A DNA stretch of 64,000 nt. It comes from Candidatus Gottesmanbacteria bacterium UBA5942. Lineage in GTDB: Bacteria; Patescibacteriota; Microgenomatia; UBA10105; UBA927. The stretch is from NCBI GenBank assembly GCA_002430725.1, contig DJCU01000001.1, positions 9,639-73,638 on the forward strand. Direction: 5' to 3'. Below the pieces are notes generated by a model. The model did no database searches and was not told the origin of the DNA. It saw only the letters and a list, made by a program, of their open reading frames with translations. The position numbers were made by a program, and so were the translations under genes. Positions 9,008-18,297 of the stretch are shown piece after piece (position 1 is the first letter of the stretch; each line of letters opens with the position of its first letter).

Positions 9008-11176
9008 CTAGCTTTCTTTGGTTTCCGCTTGACTATTGAGGAAATCATCCGGGTTCTTGATCAATACATCACGTGGTTTTGAGCCTTCACCAACTCCAAT
9101 AATACCTGCCACTTCTAGTTGATCGAGTATTCTCGCCGCTCGCGCGTACCCTACTGAAAGTCGCCGCTGCAAAAGCGATGCCGATGCCTTATCGTATTGG
9201 CAAACAAGACGCAATGCTTCTTCGAATAACTGATCACGTCCATCCGAAGACCCACCAGCACCACCTTTTTTCATTGCAGACGCTGGCTGACTCAATACCT
9301 CTTCGGTATAGTGCACTTCCGCCTGCGTGCTTTTGAAAAAGTCTACCACCTTACTCACCTCTTTATCGGAAACGAACGTTCCTTGAATACGCATAGGCTT
9401 CGCCTGATCGGGAGGCACATACAACATGTCTCCCCGACCTAATAATTTTTCAGCACCGGGCATATCTATGATGACACGCGAATCCATCATGCTGGATACG
9501 TTGAACGCGATACGTGCGGGGATATTTGCTTTAATAAGCCCCGTAATGACATCAACGCTGGGTCGCTGTGTTGCAAGCACAAGATGAATTCCAGTCGCTC
9601 TCGCCATTTGAGCAATCCGACAGATAGTATCTTCTACTTCTACTGGCGCGTACGCCATAAGATCCGCCAGCTCATCGATAATGATGACAATATTGGGGAG
9701 TGCTTGAAACCCAGAGAGTTCGTTAAATCCATCGAGGTTTCTCACTCCTACCTCAGCAAATTGCTTGTATCTCCGTTCCATTTCCTGTGTTGCCCACCGG
9801 AGCGCTGAAAGTATTTTATCCGTCTCTACGATAACAGGAGTCAAGAGATGGGGGACACCGTTATACCCCACCAACTCTACCCTTTTTGGGTCTACCAAAA
9901 TAAGTCGTACTTCAGCCGGGGTCGTCCTGTATAACAAGCTACAAATCCATGCATTGAGTAATACGGATTTACCCGATCCGGTAGTACCCGCAACCAACAC
10001 ATGCGGCATTTTGGCAATATCACCAATTAATGGATTGCCCGACACATCAAGTCCCATTGCCACAGCAAGCTTGCTCTTGGCTTTCTTCATGTTGTCAGCA
10101 AGCAACATCCGCTTGAGTGTAACAAACTCTAGTCCACGGTTAGGAATTTCTATACCAACGAGGTCACGACCAGGTATAGGCGCTTCGATACGCACCTGTC
10201 CTGTCGGGGCAGCGAGGGCAAGCGCCATGTCGCTCGCGAGTGAAGTGATCTTGGATACTTTTGTACCTAATGACAACTTAATCGCGTACTGCGTCACTGC
10301 AGGGCCAGGGTTTACCTCTACAACATCTGCCTGAATACCAAAACTATCGAGTGTCTTTTCAATAATATCCGCATTTTTTCGCACATCTCCTCGATCAGCT
10401 TTTTCTCCCGGTCCGTCTGAAAGCATGTTGACATCGGGATATTCCCACGTCTTCATGTCCTGACTATTATTGAGTGATGACATCGTAAGAGCGCCACCAC
10501 TTGTAACAGCTTTTGGGGGAGTCGCTTCATTTTTTGCTGGCATCGGGGGAGGGCTTATCGGCTTTTTTATAGCAACCTTTTCCTCATCAGTCTCGCGAAT
10601 TTTGAGCGGCTGCTTTTGCTGACCACCGATGATAAGTGGTGACTTTTGTTCGCGCTGCCCGAGTGATCCAATCCACTCAAGTATCGTTTGCATCCCCATA
10701 AGAACAAAATTGATAAACTTATCAAGCGAAGTATTAAAAAGCACGATGACACCGATAAGAATAACTCCTAGAAATAGAAGGGTAGCCCCTTCAGGAGCAA
10801 TCGCGTCAGACGTAAGCACCCATAGAACGTCTCCAAAATCTCCAGCTCTGGTAAGCGCGAGCAAACCAAACAATATAATACCTAACCCCATGGGAACATT
10901 CTGATTTGCCAGTTCTGATTTTACTTTAAAAAATAACGTACTCGCTGACACTAAAAATATCGGGAGGAGATACATAACCCAGCCAAAATGATCGATGAGG
11001 CTAGCGCGAAGCGATGATAACACAGCTCCTTCACCAAAAAATGAAATCGATATTGCTGCAGCAAACAACCAAAACCATATCGCGGCAACAGTATATACAG
11101 TTTGCTTTTTAAGCTTCAAACCTAGACCTTTACGCTTATGATATTTGCGCTTTGATTTTTTAAGTTTAAATGCCAT
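9008..11176 (-). CDS. ftsK: DNA translocase FtsK/SpoIIIE
   Basis: N-terminal TMs, PHVLVAGTTGSGKS, IIIDELADLM, LATQRPSVDVITG, gamma domain LLQRRLSVGYARAARILD. Confidence 0.97.
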   Translation of the reverse strand: MAFKLKKSKRKYHKRKGLGLKLKKQTVYTVAAIWFWLFAAAISISFFGEGAVLSSLRASLIDHFGWVMYLLPIFLVSASTLFFKVKSELANQNVPMGLGIILFGLLALTRAGDFGDVLWVLTSDAIAPEGATLLFLGVILIGVIVLFNTSLDKFINFVLMGMQTILEWIGSLGQREQKSPLIIGGQQKQPLKIRETDEEKVAIKKPISPPPMPAKNEATPPKAVTSGGALTMSSLNNSQDMKTWEYPDVNMLSDGPGEKADRGDVRKNADIIEKTLDSFGIQADVVEVNPGPAVTQYAIKLSLGTKVSKITSLASDMALALAAPTGQVRIEAPIPGRDLVGIEIPNRGLEFVTLKRMLLADNMKKAKSKLAVAMGLDVSGNPLIGDIAKMPHVLVAGTTGSGKSVLLNAWICSLLYRTTPAEVRLILVDPKRVELVGYNGVPHLLTPVIVETDKILSALRWATQEMERRYKQFAEVGVRNLDGFNELSGFQALPNIVIIIDELADLMAYAPVEVEDTICRIAQMARATGIHLVLATQRPSVDVITGLIKANIPARIAFNVSSMMDSRVIIDMPGAEKLLGRGDMLYVPPDQAKPMRIQGTFVSDKEVSKVVDFFKSTQAEVHYTEEVLSQPASAMKKGGAGGSSDGRDQLFEEALRLVCQYDKASASLLQRRLSVGYARAARILDQLEVAGIIGVGEGSKPRDVLIKNPDDFLNSQAETKES

Positions 11177-11282
11177 ATATTCGGTACACTCCAGTATAGA
11201 AAGAGCAGCGCACTATTGCAACGGAAAACACCACTCCCCTTACCTACTTATATCCTATAGTAATATACTAAGAGTGTCAAGT

Positions 11283-13040
11283 TTACACTTCTAAAATAAC
11301 CGGAACGATAAGCGGACTTCTCCCCGTCTCTTTAAGAAGATACTCTTTAAGCGACTCCTCTATCCGCTTTCTGACATACTGCCAGTCAATAATCCTTCCT
11401 TTTTTGAGCGTCAAAGCATGAGATACCACATCGGCCGCTCGCGCGAGCAACTGCTGTGAGCCTTTCACGTAAACAAATCCCCGAGTGATAATCTCAGGAG
11501 CGCTCGTCATCCGCCCCGTTGCTTCCTCAATAGGTACAACCACTACCACGATACCCTCCAGTGCGATCGTCTGACGATCCCGAAGCACAACATTTCCCAC
11601 GTCCCCAATCCCCAATCCATCAATCATGATATGTTCAAGCGTTACTCGGTCGACTACTCGTGGTGGAGCATGTTCAGTAAATTCCATCACTTCCCCATCT
11701 TCAGGAATAATGACTGATCGTTTGTTGTATCCCAAATCCTCTGCAAGCCTTCGGTACTGCATGAGATGCTTATATGTGCCGCCAATTGGCCACACATATT
11801 TAGGTCCCACCGCAGAAAGCAACAACATCATGTCCCCGCTCGACCCATGACCTGACACATGAAGATCTTCCATAATATCGCTATATGACACCCTCGCGCC
11901 ATGTCGATATATTTGATCAATAAGTTTATTTACATCGTTTTCCCGCCCAGGAATAGGATCTGCTGAAATAATCACTGTATCAGTATCATTTAGCTTAATC
12001 ATTTTATGCGCATCATTTGCAATACGAGATAAATTTGAACTTGGCTGTCCCTGCGCTCCCGCCACCACCAAAAACTGTTTGTTTGCTGGCATGCGCTTGA
12101 GATCTCGATCGTTAATGATGACATCTCGTGGGAATTTCATGTACCTCAACTTTACTGATTCTTCTACGTTTTTATCGATACTCCGGCCTAAAAAGGCAAT
12201 TTTACGTCCATGTTTTTGCGCAAGCTCAATAGCAAGCTGTATACGGGAAATATTACTCGACTGCGTGGTAAACAATACCTTACCATGACTCAATCGCAAT
12301 TCTTTTTCTATTGTTTCACCGATAATTTGCTCGGAAGGGGTGAAACCCGGTCGCTCACTTCCTAAACTATCCGAAAGCATGCACAACACTCCTCTTTTCC
12401 CGACAGCGTTTATTTTCCCTATCTCAGATGGTTTATCGTCAAGCGGAGTAGGATCAAATTTAAAATCACTACCGTGATAAAAAATACCGACAGGTGTTTC
12501 AATCACGAGATGTGATGTATCTGGAATTGAGTGTGTCAAACGAATAAACGACACGCGAAAAGCGCCCGCCTCCACGACAGAATCAAACCGCATCGGCCGC
12601 ACTCGATCGCGTATTGGTGTTTCTTTCAATTTAAGGTTTGCGAAAGCCGCAGCAAGTGTTGGCCCATACATAGGGACTTTCCCAAGTTTTGGATAAATAT
12701 ACGGCAGTCCTCCGATGTGGTCATCGTGACCATGTGTAAAAACAAGCGCACGAATTTTATCCTTTTTATCCATAAGATACCGAACATCAGGGATAATGAG
12801 ATCAACCCCAAACATTTCGGCATCAGGAAATCCAATACCGCAATCTACAATAAGTATGTCGCGAATCTTACCGTCATAACGATATTCATAGACATACATA
12901 TTTTTGGTAACGTTCCCGCTTCCCCCAAGAGGGACAATGCGCACCGCACCTTTTCCTGAACTCGAACCAAATGATTTTCCTTCAAATATAGTTCTCCTTG
13001 CCGCATTGCGGGCTTGGTTATGTAGATACATTTTTTTCAT
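11283..13040 (-). CDS. rnj: Ribonuclease J
   Basis: THGHDDHIGG, HSIPD, DFKFD and HVSGH beta-CASP motifs. Confidence 0.96.
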   Translation of the reverse strand: MKKMYLHNQARNAARRTIFEGKSFGSSSGKGAVRIVPLGGSGNVTKNMYVYEYRYDGKIRDILIVDCGIGFPDAEMFGVDLIIPDVRYLMDKKDKIRALVFTHGHDDHIGGLPYIYPKLGKVPMYGPTLAAAFANLKLKETPIRDRVRPMRFDSVVEAGAFRVSFIRLTHSIPDTSHLVIETPVGIFYHGSDFKFDPTPLDDKPSEIGKINAVGKRGVLCMLSDSLGSERPGFTPSEQIIGETIEKELRLSHGKVLFTTQSSNISRIQLAIELAQKHGRKIAFLGRSIDKNVEESVKLRYMKFPRDVIINDRDLKRMPANKQFLVVAGAQGQPSSNLSRIANDAHKMIKLNDTDTVIISADPIPGRENDVNKLIDQIYRHGARVSYSDIMEDLHVSGHGSSGDMMLLLSAVGPKYVWPIGGTYKHLMQYRRLAEDLGYNKRSVIIPEDGEVMEFTEHAPPRVVDRVTLEHIMIDGLGIGDVGNVVLRDRQTIALEGIVVVVVPIEEATGRMTSAPEIITRGFVYVKGSQQLLARAADVVSHALTLKKGRIIDWQYVRKRIEESLKEYLLKETGRSPLIVPVILEV

Positions 13041-13109
13041 ACTCTCCTACTTTCTTTTGTTGAGAAGTTGCTTTACGTACATGGGGCAGTGATTTACGTG
13101 TTGTTACGT

Positions 13110-14213
13110 CTAGTATACCTCTATAAAATTTTTAATATTATTTTCGTCTAAGTGAAACGATTTTTCTTTTCCTTCTATGATAGACAGTGCTACCTTCCGG
13201 CAAACACTATTTAATGTACGCTCAATCGAGCGAATACCAGCATCATACCCCAATGGACGGACTAACTTTGCCCACATCGCATCTGCAATCGTCAGATTTT
13301 CTGCTGTTAACCCTGACTCTCGCATAAGCTCTGGCATCACGTATTTTTTGGCAATCTCTATCTTTTCCTCATCAGTATATGAAGGCATCTGAATCGGCTC
13401 CAACCGATCTAAGACTGCTGTTGCAATATTTGTCGTGTTGTTACTAGTCGCAATAAACAGCACTTCTGACAAATCAAACGGATAATCAAGGTAATGATCG
13501 ACAAATGCTGAATTTTGTTCCGGATCCAACAATTCAACTAATACACCCATAATGTCGCCCCTCGCGTGTTCCGATACGCGGTCTACTTCGTCAAGCAATA
13601 CTACGGGATTTTTTGTTCCCGCAAACCGTAATCCTTTAAGGATAAGCCCTATTTCTGCATCTGGACGCACACGTGACTGTCCACGAAGTTCGAGTGCATC
13701 TGACATACCTCCAAATGCAATACGGACAAACCGTCTTCCCATCGCTTGCGCGATAGATTTTGCAAGTGTCGTTTTACCCGTACCAACAAGCCCTACCAGA
13801 CATAAAATAGGAGCGCGGCGGGCAAGCATTGCGTGTGTCGTTTTTGCTTCTTCCTCACGCGTATCCGTTGGCTTTTGTGCTTCTTTTGCCCATCGATCCT
13901 GATTGAGATGAATAACTGCCAAATATTCTAAAATGCGCTCCTTCACCGGTTGCAAACCATAGTGATGCATCTCAAGAATTTTTCTCGCGTTGGGTATATC
14001 TATCTGATCCTGAGTGCGTTCGTTCCAGGGTAAATTCACCACCCAATCGATATACCGAAGCATTTGTTCTATATGCACGCGCGCGGATATATCGTGCTCT
14101 AATCGTTCAATTTCTTCGAGATTAGATACAACTCTTGTCTCCATTTCCGGAGGAACTTGTACTTCCTTCAATTTTTTACGAAGTGAAGTGACTTCATCGA
14201 GCAGTCTAGACAT
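13110..14213 (-). CDS. Lon-type AAA+ ATPase lacking the protease domain
   Basis: LPW, HYGLQPVKERILEYLAV, GLVGTGKT, NPVVLLDEVD, LLDPEQNSAFVDHYLDYPFDLSEVLFIAT; ends before the Ser-Lys protease domain. Confidence 0.9.
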   Translation of the reverse strand: MSRLLDEVTSLRKKLKEVQVPPEMETRVVSNLEEIERLEHDISARVHIEQMLRYIDWVVNLPWNERTQDQIDIPNARKILEMHHYGLQPVKERILEYLAVIHLNQDRWAKEAQKPTDTREEEAKTTHAMLARRAPILCLVGLVGTGKTTLAKSIAQAMGRRFVRIAFGGMSDALELRGQSRVRPDAEIGLILKGLRFAGTKNPVVLLDEVDRVSEHARGDIMGVLVELLDPEQNSAFVDHYLDYPFDLSEVLFIATSNNTTNIATAVLDRLEPIQMPSYTDEEKIEIAKKYVMPELMRESGLTAENLTIADAMWAKLVRPLGYDAGIRSIERTLNSVCRKVALSIIEGKEKSFHLDENNIKNFIEVY

Positions 14214-14359
14214 AGTACTATCATAGCAAATTTTGTGCGGCAATACTGCGAGCACTCACGCGGAATCCATACACCGAGAATGAGTGTTTATCACAAAGGG
14301 ATATATAAACCCACGAATGTCGTGAAGCAGCCATGAATGGTGAAAGAACGCTCTACGGA

Positions 14360-16546
14360 TTAAAACCTTCTCCGTCCGCCACCGTATCCTCCGCGTCCAC
14401 CGCGCCCACCGCGATCGCCACCGCCAGAACGGGATTCAGCGGGTTTTGCTTTGGCATCTTCTCCAAATAACATGGAGAGATTGATGCGGTGCATATCGTC
14501 AATTTCCATCACACGAACCTTCACCTTTTGCCCGATCGACACAATCTTTGCAGGATCATCGACAAAGTCCACGCTCATCTGTGAGACATGCACCATGCCT
14601 TCCTTACCAGGGAGAATTTCAACGAATGCACCAAATGGCAATATTCGTTTTACTTCTCCTTCAAACTCTTCTCCTGCTTCGACATCATGTGTCAGACCCT
14701 CGACCCATTCGACTGCCTTTTGAACATTCATAGCGTCAGTGCCAGAGATAAACACTGACCCGTCATCATTGACGTCAACAGTGGCTCCGGTGGTCGCGAT
14801 GATGTTTCGGATTACTTTGCCACCCGGACCAATAACCTCACCGATTCGTTCGGTCGGAATTTTGATCACTTTAATCTTGGGCGCGTACTGTGAGACTGCC
14901 TTTCTTGGCGAGTCGATCACTGCATTAATTTTGCCCAATATCATCATACGAGCAACCTTTGCCCGTTCCAGCGTCTCTTCAACAATCTCATCAGTTAACC
15001 CGTCAATTTTCATGTCGAGCTGGATTGCCGTAATACCATTTTTGGTTCCGGCAACTTTAAAGTCCATGTCACCTGAAAAATCCTCAATTCCCAAAATATC
15101 GGTGAGCAATACATAATTCTTTTTATCAGACATAAGTCCGATGGAAATACCGGCAACTGGTTCTTTGATCGGAACTCCTGCATCCATAAGCGCTAACGTA
15201 GAGCCACACGTACTCGCCATAGATGTAGATCCGTTACTACTCATGATTTCAGATACCAGCCGAATGGTGTATGGAAATTCTTCCTCAGACGGAATAACTG
15301 CCATAAGTGCACGTTCGGCAAGTGCCCCGTGACCGATTTCGCGGCGTGACGGTGTTCCTACTCTCCCTGTTTCTCCGACAGAGTATGGAGGCATGCTGTA
15401 GTGGTGAATATATCGCTTGGATTCTTCTCCCATCGGGCTTTCAATAAGCTGTTCAAGGCTTGGAGTTCCCAATGTTGCAACAGTCAATGCTTGAGTTTGA
15501 CCACGCTTAAACATGGCACTTCCATGCGTTCTGGAAAGAATTCCCACTTCTATTTCTATGGGTCTTACTTCATCCAATTTGCGTCCGTCAAACCGCTTCT
15601 GGTGAAGTAATACATTCTCACGAACCTGTTTTTTGAACAACGCATCAAGCGCTTCTTCAATCGCTTTGATCGTGTAGTCGGCTCCGTAGTTTTCAGAGAT
15701 TACTTTGGCAAGCTCAGCAACTTCAGCGCCACCAAACTCTTTCTCGGCTTTCTTCGCAAACGCGACATCCATTTCTTTGCGATAGTCTTTTTCAATTTTC
15801 TTTTTCAACTCATCGGCTTCAGAAACCTCCGGCACTGTTACTTTTGTTTTTCCTACTTCACCCACCAACTCATTGATGAGATCGATAAGCTGTCCATTTA
15901 CTTTTTTCGCTTCAACAACAGCGCCTGCAACGATCGATTCTGGTGTTTCACAGAATCCGCCCTCTAACATAATAATCTTGTCTTTAGTACCTGAAACGAC
16001 AAAATCAAATTCACTCGTTTCCTGCTCTAAACTAGTCGGATTGATAATGTACGCGCCTGTTTCAGTACCTGTTTCTTTGACATACCCTACTCGTACACCT
16101 GCTATCGGCCCATTCCATGGAACAGGAGAGATAGCAATGGCTGCGCTGGTCGCGACCAATCCTAATACGTCAGGATCATTTTGTCCGTCAACAGAAAGCA
16201 CAGTAATAATCACCTGTACGTCATGCTTGTATGACTTTGGGAACAACGGTCGAATAGAACGATCTATGACACGACCAGCAAGCACTGCGTCATCGGTGGG
16301 TCGACCTTCACGCTTTACCCATCGACTGCCTTTGATACGTCCACCTGCATACAACCGCTCAACGTATTCGACAGAAAGCGGGAAGTAATCAAGGGTTGTT
16401 TCTTTACTTGAAGCGGTCACGGTAGCAAGTACCATGGTTTCTCCGTATTTCGCGAGCACTGCGGCTGACGCCTGCTCAGCAAACCGTCCGACTTCCAGCG
16501 TTAACGTTTTTCCTGCAATTTCTGCAGATTTGGAAATAATCTTCAT
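14360..16546 (-). CDS. pnp: Polyribonucleotide nucleotidyltransferase (PNPase)
   Basis: DRSIRPLF, RREIGHGALAERAL, SNGSTSMAS, GDMDFKVAG, KH and S1 domains, RGG tail. Confidence 0.98.
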   Translation of the reverse strand: MKIISKSAEIAGKTLTLEVGRFAEQASAAVLAKYGETMVLATVTASSKETTLDYFPLSVEYVERLYAGGRIKGSRWVKREGRPTDDAVLAGRVIDRSIRPLFPKSYKHDVQVIITVLSVDGQNDPDVLGLVATSAAIAISPVPWNGPIAGVRVGYVKETGTETGAYIINPTSLEQETSEFDFVVSGTKDKIIMLEGGFCETPESIVAGAVVEAKKVNGQLIDLINELVGEVGKTKVTVPEVSEADELKKKIEKDYRKEMDVAFAKKAEKEFGGAEVAELAKVISENYGADYTIKAIEEALDALFKKQVRENVLLHQKRFDGRKLDEVRPIEIEVGILSRTHGSAMFKRGQTQALTVATLGTPSLEQLIESPMGEESKRYIHHYSMPPYSVGETGRVGTPSRREIGHGALAERALMAVIPSEEEFPYTIRLVSEIMSSNGSTSMASTCGSTLALMDAGVPIKEPVAGISIGLMSDKKNYVLLTDILGIEDFSGDMDFKVAGTKNGITAIQLDMKIDGLTDEIVEETLERAKVARMMILGKINAVIDSPRKAVSQYAPKIKVIKIPTERIGEVIGPGGKVIRNIIATTGATVDVNDDGSVFISGTDAMNVQKAVEWVEGLTHDVEAGEEFEGEVKRILPFGAFVEILPGKEGMVHVSQMSVDFVDDPAKIVSIGQKVKVRVMEIDDMHRINLSMLFGEDAKAKPAESRSGGGDRGGRGGRGGYGGGRRRF

Positions 16547-16562
16547 AATTCTCTCGCCCCGG

Positions 16563-16690
16563 GGTTCTTGGGAAGTATAAGTGTTGCTAGGGATTGAAGA
16601 TAGAAAATGGAAGAACCCGTTATTTTCTACTTCTATACTCTATCCTCGACCACTAGCTGCCTATCTTCCAAAAACCGCGTGCGGTTTGGG
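16563..16690 (-). promoter_or_regulatory. rpsO-pnp intergenic structure: rpsO terminator-like hairpin plus long pnp leader stem-loop
   Basis: mRNA AAACCGC-AC-GCGGUUU-UU. Nested arms GGUUUUUGGAAG/CUUCCCAAGAACC, GCUAG/CUAGC and GAAGUAGAAAAU/AUUUUCUAUCUUC. Confidence 0.65.
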
Positions 16691-16700
16691 TAAATAAAGC

Positions 16701-17162
16701 TTATGTTAAGCCTAATTTTTCTTTAATCTCTATAAACCGTTTCTTTTCTTTTTTCTCTAAGTAATTTAACAATCGGCGGCGTTTGCTGACAATGCCCAAA
16801 AGTCCGCGTCTTGAATGATTATCATGCGGATTGGTTCGAAGGTGTCCCACAAGCTTCTCAATTCTGCGGGTAAGCAATGCTACCTGTACTTCAGGACTAC
16901 CTGTATCACCATTTTTTACAGCAAACTGTGCGATAATTTCCTGTTTTTCAGGTGAGGGAATAGCTAACTCTTCTGCAGTCGGCGCTTTCGCTGCCTTTTT
17001 CTGTGATGCCTGCCCGGATATTTTTTTCGGAGCTTTCACCGGTTTTTCCGCTTTCGCTGCTTTTACTGTTTTTTCTACTTTCGAAACCTTTTCTTCAACT
17101 GGCTTCGTTGTCTTTTTTGCTGCGGGTTTTGCAGCGGCTTTTTTCGTTGTTTTTGTTGCCAT
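16701..17162 (-). CDS. rpsO: 30S ribosomal protein S15 with Lys/Ala-rich N-terminal extension
   Basis: [40 protein letters not shown]; upstream of pnp. Confidence 0.97.
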   Translation of the reverse strand: MATKTTKKAAAKPAAKKTTKPVEEKVSKVEKTVKAAKAEKPVKAPKKISGQASQKKAAKAPTAEELAIPSPEKQEIIAQFAVKNGDTGSPEVQVALLTRRIEKLVGHLRTNPHDNHSRRGLLGIVSKRRRLLNYLEKKEKKRFIEIKEKLGLT

Positions 17163-17172
17163 ACGAATTTAT

Positions 17173-17213
17173 AAAAAGGAGCACACGTTCTTGCTCCTAA
17201 GGCTATCATTATA
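17173..17213 (-). promoter_or_regulatory. rpsO -10 box and leader hairpin with U-tract
   Basis: TATAAT at 17213-17208, then AGGAGCA-agaacgtg-TGCTCCT-TTTT ending 10 nt before the ATG. Confidence 0.6.
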
Positions 17214-17257
17214 CGATATTCTGTTCTCTTTTACCAGTAGTGAGATTAAGAAGTCTT

Positions 17258-18235
17258 TCAAAGAAGCGAAGAACTCTTAAAAATTTTTGGCTTGAGCCAA
17301 TCAGATGGCGGCGCCACTGGCTTTTTACTCTCATCCATAGTCTGGCTTGCTTTCGGTTCACTCATCGGCACTGGAACAGGAGCTGCCATCGGCTGTTCTT
17401 GAATGGGTGTTTGAATAGGAGCGGGAGTCGCTGATGTCACCGGCTGTTTATTGACAAACACTTTCGGTTCTTCTGCCATAACTGGTGGTTGATGACCAGC
17501 AACACCAAATCGTTTTGCTCCCGCTTTAAGACACACGCTTGCCACCTCAAACGCCATACTGGTGACATTGCTATTTGAAAAATTATTGGTCGCTTCATAA
17601 ATCGCGTTGAGTAAATTTGTCGCGATATCGGTCGTAAGCTTTACCCCAAGTGTTGCTAAAAATTCGGCAACAAGCTCTGTGGTCGAAGATGCACCAGGAT
17701 CCACAAGATTAATCACACCATAGTTGGTGTTATCACCATGGAAATCGATATTGATAATCTGCTTGCTATTCATGATGTCTTTCTGATGTTCATATACCGA
17801 CCCCAAATCTTTTGGATCGATGGTATCGACACTCAAGATAAGATCCGCTGATACTCCCTGATATGAGTACTGCACTTTATCAGGGCTAAAAAGGTCAAAT
17901 CCTGGACGATGTTCCACGACTAAATTGAACTTTTTGCCTTCGATATTATAGCTAACTTTTTCGATAGACCCATCGACATAATCAAGTGAAATAACAAAAT
18001 TTTTCTTGCCGAAATCCCGAACCACTCGATCGACTCCCACAAAACTGGATAAATTGACCGTAACCGGATCCGGACAAACAACGGTAGCTTTTTTACCGAG
18101 AGATATAAGCCCCAACATGAGGGCCAAACTTCCACCCATACTGTCCATGGTGGGCTTGGCGTGGGTAACAATGACAATGTCATTAGCTTTTCCCACAAGT
18201 TCTTTTGCTTTGGTGAGTGCTTCTTCGTAGGTCAT
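17258..18235 (-). CDS. DHH-family (NrnA-like) phosphoesterase homolog with degenerate motifs
   Basis: IVTHAKPTMDSMGG, INIDFH, NYGVINLV..ASSTTELV; sits where nrnA lies after infB. Confidence 0.8.
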   Translation of the reverse strand: MTYEEALTKAKELVGKANDIVIVTHAKPTMDSMGGSLALMLGLISLGKKATVVCPDPVTVNLSSFVGVDRVVRDFGKKNFVISLDYVDGSIEKVSYNIEGKKFNLVVEHRPGFDLFSPDKVQYSYQGVSADLILSVDTIDPKDLGSVYEHQKDIMNSKQIINIDFHGDNTNYGVINLVDPGASSTTELVAEFLATLGVKLTTDIATNLLNAIYEATNNFSNSNVTSMAFEVASVCLKAGAKRFGVAGHQPPVMAEEPKVFVNKQPVTSATPAPIQTPIQEQPMAAPVPVPMSEPKASQTMDESKKPVAPPSDWLKPKIFKSSSLL

Positions 18236-18297
18236 ATAATAAGCAATTCGTAACGAGAAAATAGAACAAATCTATTCACTCACTACTGCGCGCTAGA

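Noticed and set aside
14251-14287. AGCACTCA...TGAGTGTT inverted repeat upstream of the lon-like gene, resembling CIRCE arms
   Set aside because: The spacer is about 24 nt rather than 9 and the outer TT/AA are missing; not called as CIRCE.
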